Shown here: one piece after another, positions 37,470-51,701 of the stretch
Layout: each line of letters starts with the position of its first letter
Numbering within the stretch: the first letter of the stretch is position 1
Assembly (NCBI GenBank): GCA_951406725.2
Contig: OX597832.1
Span: 41,106,001 to 41,170,000 of the forward strand
Direction: 5' to 3'
Source: Octopus vulgaris
Taxonomy: Eukaryota
Length of the DNA stretch: 64,000 nt
Made by a program: the position numbers and the translations under genes
The notes under the pieces: generated by a model
Database searches by the model: none
Seen by the model: only the letters and a program-made list of their open reading frames with translations
Told to the model about the DNA's origin: nothing

Positions 37470-37530
37470 GTGAAAATTATTCTTTTGTATTAAGAAAGGT
37501 TCCTCGCTCTTAATTGTGATTAAGCTTGAC
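37470..37530 (-). CDS. Candidate exon (SSLITIKSEEPFLIQKNNFH)
   Basis: Acceptor ttgtttaacgtcAG and donor GTATGT in unique sequence. Confidence 0.2.
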
Positions 37531-39729
37531 CTGACGTTAAACAACAACACCATTACCCAAACCACCAACACCAACAACAATACCATTACCCAAACCACCA
37601 ACACCAACAACAATACCATTACCTAAACCAACAACAACAAATAAAACACCAGCTTCACCTACAATGAAAAGCTGAAAGAATGTGGCCTAAATCTTACTAG
37701 TGGTGGTGGTGGTGGTGGTGGGTTGGTACGGGAATGATATGAAAGTAGTGGTAGTGACAGATATAAGTGATAAACAAAACAAGATGTCCTAGATATGGTA
37801 GGGGTGAAGCGCGGTGAGATAAATTTCAACCGCCAAAATCAAATCTGAAAATCAGCAAACTCCGTTAAAATTGATTTTTCTACTGGAAAAATAACCGACA
37901 GTTTTATACAGCTTCTCGTGGTCATTGGTTGCTTTGGCGTCCCCTCTTCCTCTATTTCCATTTATCTAGGTTAAAGTATTTCATCATAAACAAATCAGAC
38001 AAACATGCGCGCCCGCACACACACACACACACATCAGACAGTACATTCTCATCTGCATGTATTATATAAACGAAGAAGGCTACTTCATACCTGGTCGTCC
38101 CACCTGTTAGAAATAGCAGTTAGATTTCTCATAAATCACGTCCCACTGATTAAAAATAAGCATCTGATCTCTACATTGGAAAAATATATATTTCTTTACT
38201 ACCCACAAGGGGCTAAACACAGAGGGGACGAACAAGGACAGACAAACGGATTAAGTCGATTATATCGACTCCAGTGCGTAACTGGTACTTAGTTTATCGA
38301 CCCCGAAAGGATGAAAGGCAAAGTTGACCTTTGGAAAATATATTAGAAACATGATGCCTAAGTGGTCATGACTGGAACACGTTTGATCACAAGTCCATTC
38401 AATGAAGGTGGATCTAGTGTTAAGCAACATACATATCATCAGTATCATCATTTTAACGTCCACTTTTCTATGTTTGCATGGGTCGGAAGGAGTTTATAGA
38501 GGCAGATATTCTGTAGCAGGATGCCCTTCCTGTCGCCAGCCTTTACTCGTTTTCAAGCAAATTGATAACTCTCAATTCCCATACATGTTTCCGCAGAACA
38601 TTCATTTAAAGCAATAACGCGATGTCAAGACAAAGACACACAGCAGCCTTCCAGTCGGTTATTTCAATTTCCACCTACCAAATCCACTGACAAGGCTTTA
38701 GCCGATCCGGAGCTATAATAGAAGACACTTGCCTAAGGCCCCACGCCGTAGGACTGAAACCGAAAGCATGTGGTTGGAAAGCAAACTTCTTAACCACACA
38801 GCCATATCTGCCCCTATACAATGAGGGAGAGAGAGAGAGGGGGAAAAATAAAGGTATCTTAAACACGATACAAGATAATTTCTTGATTTATTAGAATTAC
38901 CTAACCCTTGAAAAGAGTGAACAATGCCTCGTTTTAATTAGTAACCAACTTCAAATCAGATGAAGCTGACATGCCGTTAAGGAAAAGACTCTGTCTAGAA
39001 ACAAGAGGCCAGCTATGTACATGTTTCTGCTCTAGATGACGTTATCAGTACAGCAGTTGTCCTACCTTGATCTCAGCAGGTTTGAGATTTAGACATCATA
39101 CAAAAAAGTTAACATTTATGGCTCCGCACGATACGTTAGACAACAGCCCCGGGCCAACCAATGCTTTGTAAGTGAATTTGGTAGAGGGAAACTGTAAAGA
39201 AGACCGTCGTATATGTGTGTGTATCTTTCCGTTTGTCCTTGACACTGTTTGACAACTGGCTGGTTTGTTTACGTCCCTGTGACTTAGCTGTTTGGTATAA
39301 GTAACCGACGGAATAAATATCAGACTTAAAAATAAGTACTGGAGTCGATTTATTCGACTAGATCCTTCGAGGCGGTGCTGCTGCATGGTCGTAGTCCAAT
39401 GACTGAAACAAGTAAAAGATAAGGGTGGAGTAATTAGCGTAATTTAAACAAAATAAGCTGAGAGAAATAACAGTTTCTTGGCCTTCTTATTTGTGTAGCT
39501 GAATGAATGTCACCCTCTGTGGGCAATTATGTACATCTTGCAAAACAATTTCTGTTGCCGTTGTTGAAGCTGCATATATTTTAGTCTTTTCTTTTTCTCT
39601 TTTATAATTTAGTCAGAGGGATAATGGCAGAGCTCGTGATTTTCGTAGTCTTCTCATTAGGTGAGGATTGGTGCGGTTAATGTTTAGTCAATATATATCG
39701 TTCCGAACGTGTTGCCCACACCAAAACCA

Positions 39730-40300
39730 CTTTGTTTCCGCCAAGCAGTCCCTGTCTCCCATGACATTTTCGAGGTTTTCAATTTGTAACTCTACATCAC
39801 GGGAGAGTTAATCAATGCTCAGACCGTTATTGTGTCGTCTGACACGAGAATTCTCATGGCTCCAGGTCCACAATAGGAGCTCACTGATTCATCTTTGCTT
39901 CGACTGCAGTGATCAGAATATCTTGTCCTCTCCTCTCAAACGCTTGATATGTTGGGTTTGTGTCCATAAAGCTCTTCTTTCGCTGGACGTTGTTTCCATT
40001 ATTTGTGGAGAACTGCACGCAAGATACGTTTATAGGTCCTACCAAGCTTGCTGTTTTGTCAGATTCCATGCTGATGAATTGTACAGAACTGATTCTACTA
40101 TAACTCTGAAAAATTCCTTTTTCATCTGGCCAAGCAATGTAGACTTCCAAATTATTCTTAATTTGTCCAGTGGACTTCATGCTTTTGCCATGCGGATTCG
40201 TACATCTTTTTTCGGTAGATGAGATATCACTTCCGATTCTTCAGACGTGTACTGTTTAACAAGTTGATTTGGCTTCTTTGCGTAAAACATGTATTTTCAG
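39730..40300 (-). mobile_element. Decayed RTE-clade LINE C-terminal region
   Basis: Minus strand, frameshifted: DVRIRMAKA*SPLDKLRIIWKSTL...KEFFRVIVESVLYNSSAWNLTK...RILRAVL..WKQRPAKEELYG...LENVMGDRDC. Confidence 0.75.
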
Positions 40301-40612
40301 TCAAGACATCTGTAAATTAATGCCTACAGATGAAAGACAGAGGATGAGGAAGGAACTGAAGGGCAAGCGTAAATGCTTGGAAATAGACTAGACTACAATA
40401 TAAGGCGGTTGTAGAGTTACTAGCGTCTCATGCTAATTGAATTTCTGGCACCCTTACGAATATAATTTTAAATATTACATGAACTCCAGCGTTCAACTGG
40501 TACGTATTTTATCAACACCGAAAGGATGGAAGGCAAAGTCGACCTCGGCGGAATCTCCTTTTGAAAAATATTAAAAAATTGCTGACTTTGTACCGACATT
40601 TGAAAGGAATAA

Positions 40613-40815
40613 GGTGGCGAGCTGGCAGAGCACTTAGTACGCCGGGCACAAAGCTTAGCGGCATTTCGTCCGTCTGTACGTTTTGAGTTCAAATTCCGCC
40701 GAGGTCGACTTTGCTTTTCATCCTTTCGTGGTCGATAAAATACGTACCAGTTGAACACTGGGGTCGAAGTAATCGTCCGAACTGCTGCCCTTGTGCCAAA
40801 ATTTGGAACCAATAT
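40613..40815 (+). mobile_element. SINE family B-related copy
   Basis: ggtggcgagctggcagag...gagttcaaattccgccgaggtcgactttgc. Confidence 0.8.
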
Positions 40816-41121
40816 AAAAGGCTATTAAGGTAGCGAGCTTAGTCTTTAGCACTTCCACCGAAACTGCTGGCCTTGTGCCAAAATTTGAAACGGATCTAAA
40901 AGACTCTGTATATATGTGTGTGTCCCACTACCACTTGACAGCCGGTGTTGGTTGGTTTACGTCCCTGTAAGTTAGCGGTTCGGCAAAAAGAGACTGATAG
41001 AATAAGTAGCAGACTTTGATAAAATAAAAAAAGTACTGGAATAGATATGTTCGACTAAAATGTTTCAAGGTTGTGCTCCAGCATGGCCGCAGTTCAATAA
41101 CTAAAACAAGCAGAAGATAAA

Positions 41122-41199
<78 letters not shown>

Positions 41200-41202
41200 G
41201 TA

Positions 41203-41595
41203 TGCGCAGGAGTGGCTGCGTGCTAAGTAGCTTGTTTACCAACCACATGGTTCCGGGTTCAGTCCCACTGCGTGGCACCTTGGGCAAGTGTCTTCTACTA
41301 TAGCCTCGGGCCGACCAAAGCCTTGTGAGTGGATTTGGTAGACGGAAACTGAAAAGAAGCCCGTCGTATATATGTGTATATATATGCATGTGTGTGTGTT
41401 TGTCCCCCTACCATTGCTTGACAACCGATGCTGGTGTGTTTATGTCCCCGTTATTTAGCGGTTCGGCAAAAGAGACCGATAGAATAAGTACTGGGCTTAC
41501 AAAAGAATAAGTCCTGAGGTCCAGTTGCTCGATTAAAGGCGGTGCTCCAGCATGGCCGCAGTCAAATGACTGAAACAAGTAAAAGAGTAAAGAGT
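41203..41595 (+). mobile_element. Full-length SINE family A
   Basis: Complete head to tail, preceded by another partial copy at about 40910-41120. Confidence 0.9.
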
Positions 41596-43034
41596 ATATA
41601 TAACGGCCATAATCAAGGTTGTACTAGTCGACTACTATGTTTATGTTTTATTATACATATAGCTATATATAGGATTTTAAACACAACTATGGTGCGTGTA
41701 GTAAGTTATATGGATGGGTAAGGAACAGCGATTTAATAGTGCTGGAAGTTGGCGGTTGAAAAAACGGTTATCGTTGGCGGTGGATTATATATCAATTTTG
41801 AAATAGGAAGGATCTCTAACTGTCAAAATCACCCACAAATGGGAACAAGGCAGAGAGAATGAAAGCAAAGTAGGAGGAAGGGGGTACAGACCGTCCCGCA
41901 CGTTGAAGGTAGTAAACCGGGAGCTGAACAACATTGCCAGCACACACGCAATCCCTTGGCAATCATAAAAGTTTTTCAGTATAGGACTTGGCTAAAACGA
42001 CCAGCTATCTTTATTTACATCTTGGTAGAAAGAATGCAAAGGGTAATGTTGTGGCAATCATGCTTTCGCAAGAATGTGTGGTACAAATATCTCACACGCC
42101 TTTGTGCATTCGCAATAAGTATAAATGAATCAAATTGATGGTTCTAATAGTAAAAAATTGTTGATTTTTAACTGATGCCAAAGACACACAGTTGTTAAAA
42201 TAGACAAGATTAGATCTCAGAATGAGATTATATTCCATGTAAAGCACTTAGTTCGTTGCTCTACCATCCGTTTCCCCTAAATGGTTGGTAAAGAATTTAA
42301 CTATATTTAAGAGAGGCGAATTTAAAGTATCATTTTCACTTTTTATCATAACTACTGATGAACATAAGCTTGTGAAGTTATATACTTTTAAAGTCAATGA
42401 TCGCAGGAGTGAAGTTGCGACGGGCAAATCTTTCTTGGAGGCTTTAGTTATGTGAAGTGTAAACGACCCGACTAGACGTCTACCATTAGTATTAATGCTT
42501 TGCGGTATTAAAAGAGCAGTAATATTAAAGAACACTTGTGGAATAAAACTTTTTTTGTTTTTTGGAAGGGAATACGAGATTTTGGCTTTTGTCGTGCACG
42601 CGCAAAACCATCCTTTATATACAAATATATATATATATATGTATGTATGTATATGTATCTGTGGGAAAATAGAACTCACAACGTTCAATATATTTAGTAA
42701 ATAATCCACAAAAATTAGTGATTCAAAGAGCCGAGTTTCATGAATTTGTCACACACACACATACATCATACGTGTGTGTGTGTGAATTTGGTTAGTATCA
42801 CACGTGTGAGATCGATTCATAGTGAATTGAATTAGCTAAATTACTTTTTATTTTGTGTCGTTTTTATTCTGCATCGTATATGTATACAGTTGCCAGTATA
42901 ATTGGAAACAACACAATTAAGGTCCTCTATGCGATTATTCAACTGGTTAGAGATAGAAGCTTAATTTAAACGGCACCAAATAAAAGGATGATAATGGCTA
43001 AAAGTTTTTTAGTTCTAGGGGCTTTTGTCCGGAT

Positions 43035-43076
<42 letters not shown>

Positions 43077-43137
43077 TCAATCAATGAAAGTATATTCTTT
43101 TATTGATTTTAGTCGCTAGACTGGTTATGCTGTAGTA

Positions 43138-43274
43138 GACTTTGCCTTTCATCCTTTCGGGGTCGATTAAATAAGTACCAGTTACGCACTGGAATCGATA
43201 TAATCGACTTAATAACTATGTCTGTCCTTGTTTGTCCCCTCTGTGTTTAGCCCCTTGTGGGTAACAAAGAAATA
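43138..43274 (+). mobile_element. 5'-truncated SINE family B with 15-bp TSD
   Basis: ggttatgctgtagta on both sides. Confidence 0.9.
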
Positions 43275-43740
43275 GGTTATGCTGTAGTAACATATCAATT
43301 ACCGAAATTTATTTGTCAAACCGCTAAGTTACAGGACTTACGAGGGAAAATACGGCGGCCTTCGACAAAATTTTCGTCTACTAAATTCGACTCACAAGAT
43401 ATTGGGTCAATCGGAAACAAAAGTTAGAAACACATGTTTAAAGTGCACGCGTCATGGAACGGAATGCAGACCACGTGGCTGCAAAGCATAACTGTCATTG
43501 AGCTTGTGGTACATATATTCTGTTGCAGGTTTCAAGCCAGAGACCGTGGCCATGCTGGAGCATATATTATTTATTTATTCTGTTGCAGGTTTCAAGCCAG
43601 AGACCGTGGCCATGCTGGAGCATATATTATTTATTTATTCAAGTCATTAAAAGCTAAATATTTGTCTAAACCGAACAGAAAGAACATAGTTGAAATTACA
43701 CTTGAAAAAATTATACACACACACACACATATATATATAT

Positions 43741-44028
43741 GGCGATCTTTCGTCTCTAGTAGACCTTTCCGTCGATTTCCGTAAAAAACTTTTTTTTTTT
43801 TACATATGGGCTTGCGGGAACTTTTGAAGTAATGAGAGCGAAAGAGACTAAGAGAAAGCGATTGTATGACGAGGGAAGTTCTTTTGAAGTTACCCTGCAT
43901 GGGAAGCATTGATGTACATGTGTGTGTGTGTGTGTGTGTGAACTTCAAAAGTTCCCGCAAGCCCATATGTAAAATAAAATGTTTTTTACGGAAATCACGG
44001 AAAGGTCTACTAGAGACGAAAGATTGCC
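43741..44028. mobile_element. MITE with ~90-bp TIRs inside a (TA)n run
   Basis: ggcgatctttcgtctctagtagacctttccgt... / ...acggaaaggtctactagagacgaaagattgcc. Confidence 0.85.
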
Positions 44029-47000
44029 ATATATATATTACTGGAAATTATAGATCTATAATATTGAAACTATTTTAAAATATTATCATTTAAAGGCACT
44101 TTCCTGCACGTACACATACCAAGTATTATCCTAACATGAAATAAATTATATTTTGTACACGTTGGGCGCAGTATTTTAAATGGCAGTGCCCCAGCATGGC
44201 CACAGCTCGTGAGCTGAAACTAGATAAAATAAAAATAAATAACAAATATAGTAACAACACGCAACAACCATAATAAAAGTTGAATAAGTTTTTTTAAAAT
44301 TTGTTTTTATTTATCCAGGTTTATAACATAACATGAAAAAAAAAAAATTCAAAATATTTTGAAACTATTTGAGGTCTGGGAAAAATATTTGCATGACATA
44401 ATTTACAAGGTTATTTGAGAACAAGAAGATATGTTTTTTGATAAATAGAACAGTAAAATAATAGATTCAGTTGTGAAGAAGACGTTTGGAAATTGGCGCC
44501 AAGTTTGAAGAGAACAAAGGACTTTTAGATATCTTGTAACGGCCAAAGATAAGGGTGAAAGTTGGTATCGTGATGATAGTGAGTGTGGTGGTGGTGGAGC
44601 TAATGGGAGATTGTTACATTGTGGTGGAGGTGGAGGCGATAGTAGTAACCGTCAAGATAGTTGTTTAGCCACGGGTCGGTCCTGTACGAGCAGCAAAGCA
44701 TTCCACCCGACTACTTTAATTAATTAATGTGTCTTTCTTATTTTATGTAGTTAGGATAATTTGGAGGGAAGAGTAGATTATGTCACTCTTGAGAGTGTGT
44801 AATTTTTTGGTAAATTTAATTGCTATTTCTAGCAAGCCGAGCAACCGCGTGTTGTGTTGTTTTATTTTTAATTTTTGAAGATATTGTATTTCAAACTTTC
44901 GTTAATTTCAAAGCTTGACAACCAGAACTTGCTTTCAAGAATCCGCGCTTGACAGAGTTGCTCTTCAACGATTGCAATCGAAATTTCTCATCGTCAAACC
45001 CAATTCCGAAATAAACTTAAATTAAAAATTAATTTGGTGGTAGGTCCTCCACAACTCCCAGTCTATCCTTTTTCAGAGTTGTACTTGTCTAAAGAAGTGA
45101 TTTGATCTAGGATCGTGTGCTGAAAGTGAAGCAGTTTACATGGTAGAAGGACCATCTTAATAAATGATACATGTGGCAGGCACGATCCGTGTTGTTAAGG
45201 AGCTCGCTTTGCAACCGAGTGGTTTCAGGTTCAGTTCCACTCCGCGGCATCTTAAGCAAGTGTCTTTTACTAGAGAGTATTGGGCTGACCAATACCTTAT
45301 TAGAGAATCTGATAGACGGAAACTGTGGAAGCGAGTCTTATATATATATATTGCTTTATAAAGTAATAATTCTAAATTTAGGTAAACACCACTGTATTAG
45401 CGAGGAACCGATGCACGATAGGTCGAAACGATCCTTTCCCTTTTCTCTTTTAAGATATTCGTATGTTTGTCCCCATCACCGCGTGACAACTGGTGTTGGT
45501 TTGGTTTGTTTACATCCCCGTAACTTAGTGATTCGACAAAGGTGACCGATAAAATAAGTACCAAACTTTAAAAAATAAATTACTGGGGTCGATTTGTTCG
45601 AGTAAACTCTTCGAGGTGGTGCTCAAGCATGGCCGCAGTAAAATAACTGGAAGAAGCAAAAGATACTAAAACTGTTAAATTAACTTTAAATTTATTTCAT
45701 TGAACACTTATTAAATACTCTTCTATTATGCCCATGTTAGTCCCGAATTTCATCACTTTTTTTCTAGGCATAGTTGTAAATCTAATATGTCCTTCGTTTT
45801 TTTAAGACGATAAGGGTTAGATTTGGTTGTTTCTAGCAGTCCCATGCAACTACATAGAGACTCCCTTGTTTTTCTCGATATGTATTTGCGCAGCAGAAGT
45901 TACAGAATGAACCAAGAACAGAGTTTCGGGAGTTGGAACTTATCAAACTGGTTTCAAACCAAAGGGTATCTAAATGCCCCCCTTGATTAAAAAACCAGTT
46001 TGATAAAGTGCCAACGCACGAAACTCTCAGCCCTTGAGTCACTCTCTAACCCCTACAGGTTAATAATATATATATATCTATATATTTTAATAAAGTTTTT
46101 GAGTTCTATATTCCCATTTGTATCACCAAACCTCTGATAGTTGGTTGGTGTCCCAGTTCAGTTTTAATCGAGCAGACCTGTGATCAAAGACGTTCCATAT
46201 GTGACCATTCCGTCTTTTTTTTCTATGTGCAGGGAACCCAGGACCACATTGTGCAACATGTCCATTTTTTAAATAGTGGTGGTAGGGGCTACGAGTTCGA
46301 GGGAGATTTGGCTGCTGTTTCTAGCAGGTGGTGTGACCATATCGAGGCTTTCGTTATAGTAATTAGAACGGGAGATTTGCCCATTGCGCTGTGGTTACTC
46401 CTGCGCACTCAACCGTTTCAGGCGGGAAATACAAATGTTAGTAATGAAAATTTATTCACAGGACAAGCAGCAATGAACTTATCAACCAATCGGTTTACAT
46501 ATATATAAACAATTTCCGTATTCGACTGTTTATATACAAATATATTTATATGTAAATATCCGTTTTCAATAAAAAAACAACATTCCTTTCTATTCAAAAT
46601 AACATTTTAACGACAGTGAAAACAACACTACTTTCATTACGTGGTGGCAAACCCTACTAGAAATAGCAGCCAAAACTCCCACTGTCTTCAAAAAAGAATG
46701 TCTTTGCTTAAAGATAATTTACATTTATTGTGTAGAACAAAAAAAAACTGTTAGATAATGCCTGGCAGCATTTCGCCTGTCTTTATGTTCTGAGTTTAAA
46801 TGCTGCCGGGGTCGACTTTGTCTTTCTTTCATCCTTTCGGGGGTGGATAAAATAAATACCAGATGAGCACACCAGAAATTGCTGGTCTTGTGCCAAAATT
46901 TGAAACCAAGATTACGGTTAGGTGTTCTACTGGGCTAAGGTTGAAAAATATATGAATGTCACAGGATTTTATTTCTGATGCCTATAGTCTATGGTGGTGG

Positions 47001-47883
47001 TGGTGAAATTATGAAACTATGGAAGACAAAGTCGATTTTCAGTGATATTTAAGCAGGAGAAAAGGATATAACCATATTAGATAATGAGATTAAAAAAAAA
47101 TATTTCTAACACTGGGAAAAGCTAATAAATTCTGATGGGGCTTTCTTGCGTAGACAAGGCTATAAATTGAGAGAGAAAAAAGAGAAATACTCTGACAGAA
47201 TGAGAATCAAAAGCTTATGCTGACCAGACACATTAGAAACTAATTTTGTATTACTATACAAAACAGTAAAGCATCGATATAAATAATAATAAAAATATGG
47301 GCGGAATTTAGGAAGAGCTTGTAGTTCAATGCCCTGTGCCTTGTGGGAAAGGAAACGGTGTGGAAGTAAGGAAACAAAAAATGAAAACATTTTTTCCTTC
47401 AGAATCGTCATTTCCGTTGTATGAAACAAGAATATAAAAGCAAGAATAAAGGGGAAAAAATTACCCTTTTTCCCATATTTCAAGAAATGGAGATTTCGGG
47501 GAATAGTTATTCTTTTAAAAAAATGCCGCCAAAATATTAACACATTAACATATTTACACATTTCTGTATTAAGATAATGGCAATATTTCAATTCTCCTGT
47601 CTCCTTACCCTGGGTCTATTAGAAAGTAATGTTCCTTTATTTTGATATAAATGCCGTATTTTAAACACCATCATCTCATCTAGATCGTCCCATCAGAAAT
47701 CGGTTATGGTGTCAGCTTCATCTGCGAAAGCCTAGAGGTCGTATTCTTGGCACCATCAATAAATATATACACTCTAGTTCTGTATTGTGCAGTTTCCTCT
47801 TACGTATTTTTTACCTTCGCCTTTATATCTCTATTACATTCAAAACCCCATCAGAATTTATTAGCTGTCCCCAGTATTAAAAA

Positions 47884-48658
<775 letters not shown>

Positions 48659-50739
48659 ATATATATACTCTCTTTTACTGATCTCCTGTGTGGCAAGTGA
48701 CCAAATATAAAACAGGCTGGTCTCCACTTTAATCAAAGACAAATCAACAAAGATATATAATAATAATAATGACTAAATGAACCAATAAAATGGGACTAAT
48801 GTTCGTTATCGTGTCCACTCTATGTAACCTACAGTTGTACAGTAAAAATCTGTCCTGGTCAAATGTGGGAATATAGAGAAGAATGAAAACTATTCTAAGA
48901 GTTGGTGATATACCAGAACTGTCTCCACATGACGAAGCTGTTAAAGGCTAGAAAACAAATCAAATATCTTTCTTTAAGCAACGTCTCATCTTTAACCGTC
49001 TGTTTTTTAAATTACACGTCACTGCTGTTTGTCAGCTGGTTTTTATGATGTGTGCAATGTGCTTGTCTGAATGTAGAGACTTTCTTTTTTAATGTAACAC
49101 AAACATAGCGTCTGCTTTATATTATATATTTACACACATATAATACGCCTTGTATGGTAAAAGCATCTTTATACATAATTATCTGTCTCTCATATATATA
49201 TTTCTAAATCTCTCTAAAGGAGACCATATATATATATTTCTAAAACTCTCTAAAGCATACTATATATATATATATGTATAGCAGAAGGAACAAAGTGACT
49301 CAAGGGCTGAAGGGTTTCGTGCGGTAGCACTTAGCAAGGAGTTTTGATAAGTTCTAAAGCACGTAGCTTCTCGGCTCTTGAGTTGCTTCTGCAAAATTAA
49401 TAAAAATATATACATGTTTTGAGTCCTATTACATTGCAAGAATATTATATTGTAAAAGTCATCGTTTTATTAAATACATTCACTATATAGTGTAATTTAC
49501 CTTAAATTCCCTCATTTTTAAACGGAAGTATACAAAAATCATAATACACACACACACACACACAGAGAATGTGTCCTAGGAAAATATTTCACAGTGTTAA
49601 TTAGAAGTTAATTATTTGAAAGCTAAGTATATTCAAGAAATATATATAATCAAAATAAGCAACAAGAATATCTTCGGTAATTTGGTACGATCGTTTCACC
49701 CTACATCATTTTATTAAACATTGTATTACAACCGTTTTAAAATGTTGAGCAATCATCCGCCATTTATAGAGGTTTTCTATTAATACATATTTTCATATAT
49801 ATATTGAATATTTATTGATTAAATAGTTACAAATTCCGTTTAAACTAATATATAGTCTTATATACACACACATTTGGGTACCGTCATTTTGCCAATTAAC
49901 ATACACTATTTGGTCTTCAGATATTATTATTATTTGCCAGAGTTCTTTCGTCACACATTCTGTGTCTCTTCAATGACCATCTGTTTTTCGTGTCTCCCCT
50001 TCTCTCTGGTCTTGTCCTGTCTTGAACTGTCAAGGCACAAGTCTCAGACATCACTTAAAGCTTCTCATAATTTTGTGACAATTCTCTTGTACTGTAATCT
50101 TTAATTCTTTAAGAAGTGATTTTGATTTTGTGACTTTGGGTATGACTTTAAGTTACCCTCCACAACAAGTCGAATAGTATTAAATGTGGTGACAGCAGAG
50201 GGTATTTAACCCTTCTTTTTCATCCAAACTATCCGTTGGAAAATGTTCCATGAGGGAGTTTCCTGACATCATATTAAATCCGCCCATCCGTCATACGCAA
50301 CAGAAATAGTATTAGATTATAAAAGCCATCTAGGTATGATACTTAAAGCAAATACATCACAAGAGATAACTGTAGTATTCATCTGGAAATACCTGTTATG
50401 AACTCATTGTGCTTAAGAACACATATAACAGTAGCTAGCGAAAATCGCCCAGTTACAGTAGATGTGTATTTCTACATTTTTGGGCTTCATCAGTAGCTTG
50501 TACTTACTGGCAACCACATGGTAACACAAATGCCATTGCTACTGATGGAGCAAAATAGTGAGTGAAAAATCACTGGTGCTGCAATCAGTTGCACTGGAAT
50601 CAAAGCTGGTGATTTTGCTGGACATGTTAGACAAACATTATGATGGTTCAGAACCTGCAACATGAACTTCTGGAAACCGGCCAGCAACTCAATTACTCTT
50701 TAAAGTGGAGACTACACAACCCAGACAGAGTTATTTACA

Positions 50740-51080
50740 TCAGGAAATGGGATAGGCTGAAGATTGTAACTGCCAAGTGTGATGCTGCACAGCAGTAAGA
50801 GATGGACTTTGAATGCAGAGGTTCTGCAAAAGACTGGAAGGAAATGAAGCAGGGATGTTTTGCTGGATGTATAATGTCTGCACGAATGACAAAGTACAAA
50901 TGAGTTGAGAGGAGAGTGCACTGGTATGAGCATTTAATGCGTATAGGGAATGATAGCTGCATGAAGAATTGCCAAGCACTCAAAACTGAATGGTATCAGT
51001 GGAGGAGAGAGTGAGGTAGGGGTAGGACTTGAAACAAGATTATGAAAAATGATCAGAAGTGTTATATCAGACGAAGAAAA
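50740..51080 (+). mobile_element. Decayed RTE-clade LINE fragment
   Basis: Frameshifted VMLHSSKRWTLNAEVL..LEGNEAGMFCWMYNV...RRVHWYEHLMRIGNDSCMKNC. Confidence 0.65.
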
Positions 51081-51194
51081 TGATTGTGTAATACATAGTG
51101 CTAGAGAAGAATCAGTAATTCTTCTCCAGCATTATGTGCTGGAGGGCAATCTTTGTAAAATGCATAACTGTCTATCTATCTATCTATATATATG

Positions 51195-51701
51195 TTGTTG
51201 TATTTCAGGATGGTAATTTTTTTGCCAAATAAACACACACACACACTGTATATTCATTCTTCACTTGTTTATTACTGTTCTTATTCTAACTCATGTCCAT
51301 TGTCCAGAAATGTTTTGTCACACATCTGTGACCTCCTCTGCAACACTTTGTCTTTTGTGTGCTCTTGCTCTGCTTATTCCATTTTGTTCTTCTATGATGT
51401 GTATCCTTATATGCTCCTGTGTCTGTGTGTGTGTGTCATTGTTCTTAGCAAAACAGCATACACACAAACACAGATGCACGTGCATATAAGGATACACATC
51501 ATAGAAGAACAGAATGGACTAAGCAGAGCAAGAGCACAGACGAAGATGGAAAGTGTTACTGAGGAGGTCACAGATGTGTGACGAAAGATTTCTGGACAAT
51601 GGACATGATCTAGAATAAGAACAGTAATAAGTGAGTAAATAATGAATATATGTTTGTGTATTTGGTAAAAAAAAAAAAATTACCATCTCGAAATTCAACA
51701 A
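51195..51701. mobile_element. ~500-bp foldback (palindromic) element
   Basis: Arms of about 240 bp are imperfect reverse complements, e.g. ttcttctatgatgtgtatccttatatgc / gcatataaggatacacatcatagaagaa. Confidence 0.85.

Noticed and set aside
39881-40180. 99-aa ORF as a host gene
   Set aside because: It is an alternative frame of a frameshifted RTE LINE remnant.
42248-42709. 153-aa minus-strand ORF in unique sequence
   Set aside because: Crosses a microsatellite, with no recognisable motif or convincing splice boundaries.
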